Positions 60,834 through 64,000 of a stretch of 64,000 nt of DNA are shown here, one piece after another. Source of the stretch: Pirellulales bacterium (GTDB lineage: Bacteria > Planctomycetota > Planctomycetia > Pirellulales > JAICIG01); the NCBI GenBank assembly GCA_040901675.1, contig JBBDYJ010000011.1:64001-128000 (forward strand). The letters are read 5' to 3'. Each line of letters begins with the position of its first letter. The stretch's first letter is position 1. The notes under the pieces are model-generated. The model saw only the letters and a program-made list of their open reading frames with translations, was not told the origin of the DNA and ran no database searches. The translations under genes were made by a program, and so were the position numbers.

Positions 60834-61529
60834 GTGAATCGACTCCTCGCCACCGTTGCCGCTTGCCTCGCCGCCGCCAGCTTGGCTCCCTGGGCCCAAG
60901 CCGAAAATTTGCCCCAGCCCGATCCGGCCGCCCAACGGCAGCCCCCGGATCCCTCGAATTCGCCCCAACCCGCAGAGTCCGTCGAACCGAGGCCCGCCGC
61001 CGAAGCGGCCCGCGAGCTGCGCGCGGCGGTCCAAGACGCTCTGGCGGAATCCGCCTACCTCCGCAAGCCGAACTCCGGCGAAACCCGCCTCCGCGCCCAG
61101 GCCGAACTCCAGTCCCTCGCCCATCGCCTGCTCGATCTGCACGGCCGGCTGGAGCAATCCGCGGCGCTAGCCCCCAGCCAGCGAGCTCGGCTCAGCATCC
61201 ACGTTCGCAACCGGCTCTTGGCCCTGGCCGACGTGCTGGCGCGGCGCGCCGCCGACCCGGCCGCCGCACCGATCGTGTCCTCGGCGCACGACGACGACGA
61301 GACCGGCCAACGGACGCCGCCGGGAGCCGCCGGCGGTGCTGCCCAGCCCGGCGACCTGGGGCTGGAACTGGTGGAATTGATCCAACGCACGGTCGCTCCA
61401 CAAACGTGGGACGTCAACGGCGGCCAGGGAACCATTCGTTACTGGGCGCCGCTGCGCGTCCTGGTGGTCCGCCAGACCGGCGAGGTCCACGGGCAAATCG
61501 GCGGCGTCGTGCGCGGCCTGCGGCGCTAG
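60834..61529 (+). CDS. Exported protein with C-terminal secretin-N-like motif
   Basis: Signal peptide AQA; LVELIQRTVAPQTWDVNGGQGTI...LVVRQT..VH. Confidence 0.65.
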   Translation: MNRLLATVAACLAAASLAPWAQAENLPQPDPAAQRQPPDPSNSPQPAESVEPRPAAEAARELRAAVQDALAESAYLRKPNSGETRLRAQAELQSLAHRLLDLHGRLEQSAALAPSQRARLSIHVRNRLLALADVLARRAADPAAAPIVSSAHDDDETGQRTPPGAAGGAAQPGDLGLELVELIQRTVAPQTWDVNGGQGTIRYWAPLRVLVVRQTGEVHGQIGGVVRGLRR

Positions 61530-62902
61530 CGATCGCCCGTGTTGCGCCTCGGGCCGTCCTTGGTATAGAGACACGAAATCGCCAGACCCACGGCAAACAG
61601 GCCGATCGCCCACAGGGCCTCGATCGAGCGCTGGTCGTAGGCGTACTTGCAGCTCGAGTAGAGCATGAACAGCGAGCTGGCGCAGAAAACCAAGGGAGTC
61701 AGCGGATAGCCGGGAACGCGAAAAAAGTCCCTTCGTGACGGTTCCCGCCGTCGCAGCACGAACAACGCCACGCCGACCAGCAGCAGGAACAGCCAGAACA
61801 GCGGCGAGCCGAAGACGACCATTTTCGCGAAGCCGCTCCGTGAGCTGTCCGTCGCTTGAGCAAACCCGATCACCACCGACAGCGTGATCAGCCCCTGCAG
61901 GACCAGCGAACGCAGCGGCGTGGAGAATCGCTTGCTCCAAACGCCCAGCGGGGCGAACAACATGTGGTCGGTCCCCAGCGCGTAGTAAATCCGCGCGCCG
62001 GTAAACACCATGCCGCTGATCGCACCCAACGCCGAGATGCACACCAGCACGCTCACGGCGCGGGCCCCCCAGTCGCCCAGACCCAGCTCGGCCACTTGGG
62101 CGGCCACCGCCCTGGCGTCCTGAGTGCCTCGAAAACCCAGCGCGTATAGGAAGGCCCCGTTGATCAACAGGTAGATGGCCGTCACGGCGGCGGTCCCCAG
62201 CAGCAGGGCCCGCACGATGTTCTTTTCCGGCCGGCGGACCTCAGCGCCCACGTAGGCGATGTCGTTCCATCCGCCATAGGCATACAAGATCAGGATCATG
62301 GCGAATCCCCAGTTCGCCGGGGCAGCGGCAACCGGCTCGACGTTCAGCGGCGCCGGGGATGCGGCAAAAAACCCCACTATGACCACGATCAACAACCCCA
62401 GGACCTTCGTCGCGGTCAGCACGTTTTGCGTCCATTTGCCGGTGGTAACACCCACGATGTTGATCGCCGTCAGTGCGATGACCGAGCCCGCCGCATACAC
62501 CACCTGTCCCCAACCGCTCGGATAAAGCCGGTCGGCGTAATCGGCAAACACGAACGCCATGGCCCCGATCGACCCGGGCCGCACCACCCACAACTCGGAC
62601 CAGGCGAACAGGAATCCCATCCTTCGGCCGAAGGCCCGCGTGAGGAAGACGTAGTCACCCCCTTCGGCCGGATAGGCCGTGCCCAGTTCCGCATAACAAA
62701 GCGAACCGATCAGCGCGAACGCGCCTCCGGCCAGCCATACCCCCAGCAGTGCGGCCGGACCGGTCACCGACCTGGCGATCAGGGGAGAGGCCTCGTAGAT
62801 GCCCACGCCGATGATGATCCCGACGATGATCGACGTGGAGTCGAGCAGCGTGAGCTCCCGCTTCGGGGCGCCGCGCGACTCAACTGGCGGGGGTGCAGGC
62901 AT
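61526..62902 (-). CDS. APC family amino acid permease
   Basis: IVGIIIGVGIY, YAELG...GGDY, YAYGGW, GARIYYA, FRVPGYP. Confidence 0.92.
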   Translation of the reverse strand: MPAPPPVESRGAPKRELTLLDSTSIIVGIIIGVGIYEASPLIARSVTGPAALLGVWLAGGAFALIGSLCYAELGTAYPAEGGDYVFLTRAFGRRMGFLFAWSELWVVRPGSIGAMAFVFADYADRLYPSGWGQVVYAAGSVIALTAINIVGVTTGKWTQNVLTATKVLGLLIVVIVGFFAASPAPLNVEPVAAAPANWGFAMILILYAYGGWNDIAYVGAEVRRPEKNIVRALLLGTAAVTAIYLLINGAFLYALGFRGTQDARAVAAQVAELGLGDWGARAVSVLVCISALGAISGMVFTGARIYYALGTDHMLFAPLGVWSKRFSTPLRSLVLQGLITLSVVIGFAQATDSSRSGFAKMVVFGSPLFWLFLLLVGVALFVLRRREPSRRDFFRVPGYPLTPLVFCASSLFMLYSSCKYAYDQRSIEALWAIGLFAVGLAISCLYTKDGPRRNTGDR

Positions 62903-62963
62903 CTGCCTGCTTTAGTCGCTGGAAGCTGCGGCAGTCAATAGGGTTCTTCAACAGATTCAACGC

Positions 62964-63197
62964 TCAAGGGTTCTCGTCCTCGTTCTGGAGCTTTTCACCG
63001 GTCTTTTCTATGGCAGCACCGGTCTTGTCGACGGCCCGGTCGAACGATTCTTCGATCTTGCCGGCGTCAATTTCGCCCCTGATGACGTCTCCCTCCCGCT
63101 CGACGGTCATCACGCCGGTAACCAGCAAGACGACGAACACGACCAGGCCCAGCAGGATCAGCCCCGCCAGGAACGAGAACACGGAACGGGCTCTCAT
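62964..63197 (-). CDS. Small membrane-anchored hypothetical protein
   Basis: One TM helix and a Lys/Glu-rich tail (KTGAAIEKTGEKL); starts 3 nt after the upstream stop. Confidence 0.6.
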   Translation of the reverse strand: MRARSVFSFLAGLILLGLVVFVVLLVTGVMTVEREGDVIRGEIDAGKIEESFDRAVDKTGAAIEKTGEKLQNEDENP

Positions 63198-63200
63198 GGA

Positions 63201-63458
63201 TTAACCCTCGATGCGTAGCTTTTCCGGAAGAATCGATCCCAGGAAGTAGTACCGGCAGCCGGAAGCCGTGCGCGCCCTGCGATAGACCGCGACGCTCGTC
63301 GTCGGCGACCTTCGCCCACGGGCCCTTCCCTCCATAATCCTGAACACGCCCCGGCTGATCGGAAAAGCGACCGTGGCCGGCAGGCCGCTGGAACTCAGCA
63401 CCAAAGCTTGCTCGAACCCGTCAAACGGACCGCCAACGAAATGGACCTCGGTCTGCAT
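63201..63458 (-). CDS. Small hypothetical protein
   Basis: MQTEVHFVGGPFDG...AVYRR...YYFLG; downstream of a sigma54 site. Confidence 0.6.
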   Translation of the reverse strand: MQTEVHFVGGPFDGFEQALVLSSSGLPATVAFPISRGVFRIMEGRARGRRSPTTSVAVYRRARTASGCRYYFLGSILPEKLRIEG

Positions 63459-63507
63459 GGCATCGCGGCCGCCGGCCGCCTCGTCTCGCCCACGGCGAGT
63501 CGAGTGT

Positions 63508-63523
63508 AGCAATTTGCGTGCCA
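63508..63523 (-). promoter_or_regulatory. Sigma54 (-24/-12) promoter
   Basis: Minus strand TGGCACGCAAATTGCT, essentially the consensus. Confidence 0.8.
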
Positions 63524-63598
63524 CAGCGAGCATGTTGGCCGGACTCCCCAGAGGTTCCGGGCTTGCCGGGCTCGCGGCGTGGCGCCGTCCGCCCTTCC

Positions 63599-63627
63599 GT
63601 AGCAGGCACACTCCGTGTGCCGTCCGC
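63599..63627. repeat. REP-like family F (GTAGCAGGCACACTCCGTGTGCCGTCCGC)
   Basis: GTAG plus hairpin GGCACAC-TCC-GTGTGCC; single copy in the window. Confidence 0.55.
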
Positions 63628-63736
63628 CTCTTAGGAAGCGTGCGCCCCTCCCGCCGCCGGCGAATCGCCGGGCCATGCATGGTGCGGCCGCTGCCAGCGT
63701 GCTAGCGCAATAACCAAGGCAAGCCAGGGCCGTCTT

Positions 63737-64000
63737 TTACTCCCCGATCACCTTGACCAGCACCCGCTTGGGCCGCCGACCGTCGAACTCGCCATAGAAG
63801 ATCTGTTCCCAGGGGCCCAGGTCGAGCTTGCCCTTGGTAACGGCCACGACCACTTCGCGGCCCATAATCTGCCGCTTGTGGTGTGCATCGGCATTGTCTT
63901 CGCCGGTGCGGTTGTGCTGGTATCGCTCGGGCGAGGGATCGAAGGGGGCCAGTTCTTCGAGCCAGCGCTTGTAGTCGGCGTGCAGCCCCGGCTCATCATC
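63737..64000 (-). CDS. yjbQ: YjbQ/UPF0047 family protein (3' part)
   Basis: Manual translation: DDEPGLHAD...[22 protein letters not shown]...[27 protein letters not shown]. Confidence 0.9.
   Translation of the reverse strand, partial: DDEPGLHADYKRWLEELAPFDPSPERYQHNRTGEDNADAHHKRQIMGREVVVAVTKGKLDLGPWEQIFYGEFDGRRPKRVLVKVIGE

Overview
GC-rich bacterial chromosome window, almost certainly from a planctomycete (Pirellulales-like). That assignment is inferred from two DUF1501 genes, DUF1080, an ECF sigma/Ser-Thr kinase pair, zinc-ribbon/Yip1 membrane proteins and GTAG-led intergenic palindromes. Housekeeping and envelope genes include pilT with a GspE-like partner, hisF, dinG and thiSG. The main systems are: (1) a complete eight-gene N-methylglutamate methylamine-utilisation operon (mgdABCD-gmaS-mgsABC, 23.8-33.5 kb) in the gene order known from methylotrophic Proteobacteria, with a 109-bp MITE-like element between mgdA and mgdB and ligD directly downstream; (2) a 12-gene alternative complex III plus A2-type caa3 oxidase operon (45.4-57.8 kb) whose leader holds a terminator-like hairpin downstream of a predicted sigma70 promoter; (3) an MqsA-type antitoxin paired with an unrecognised toxin, with a clear promoter/operator, lying between a subtilase and a stand-alone propeptide-like gene; (4) an ECF sigma factor translationally coupled to a membrane Ser/Thr kinase; (5) three sigma54 promoters in front of small stress-type genes; and (6) at least six families of REP-like palindromes, one of which supplies a gene's stop codon. 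No rRNA, tRNA, CRISPR array or transposase was seen. All calls come from reading motifs by eye; no database searches were run.
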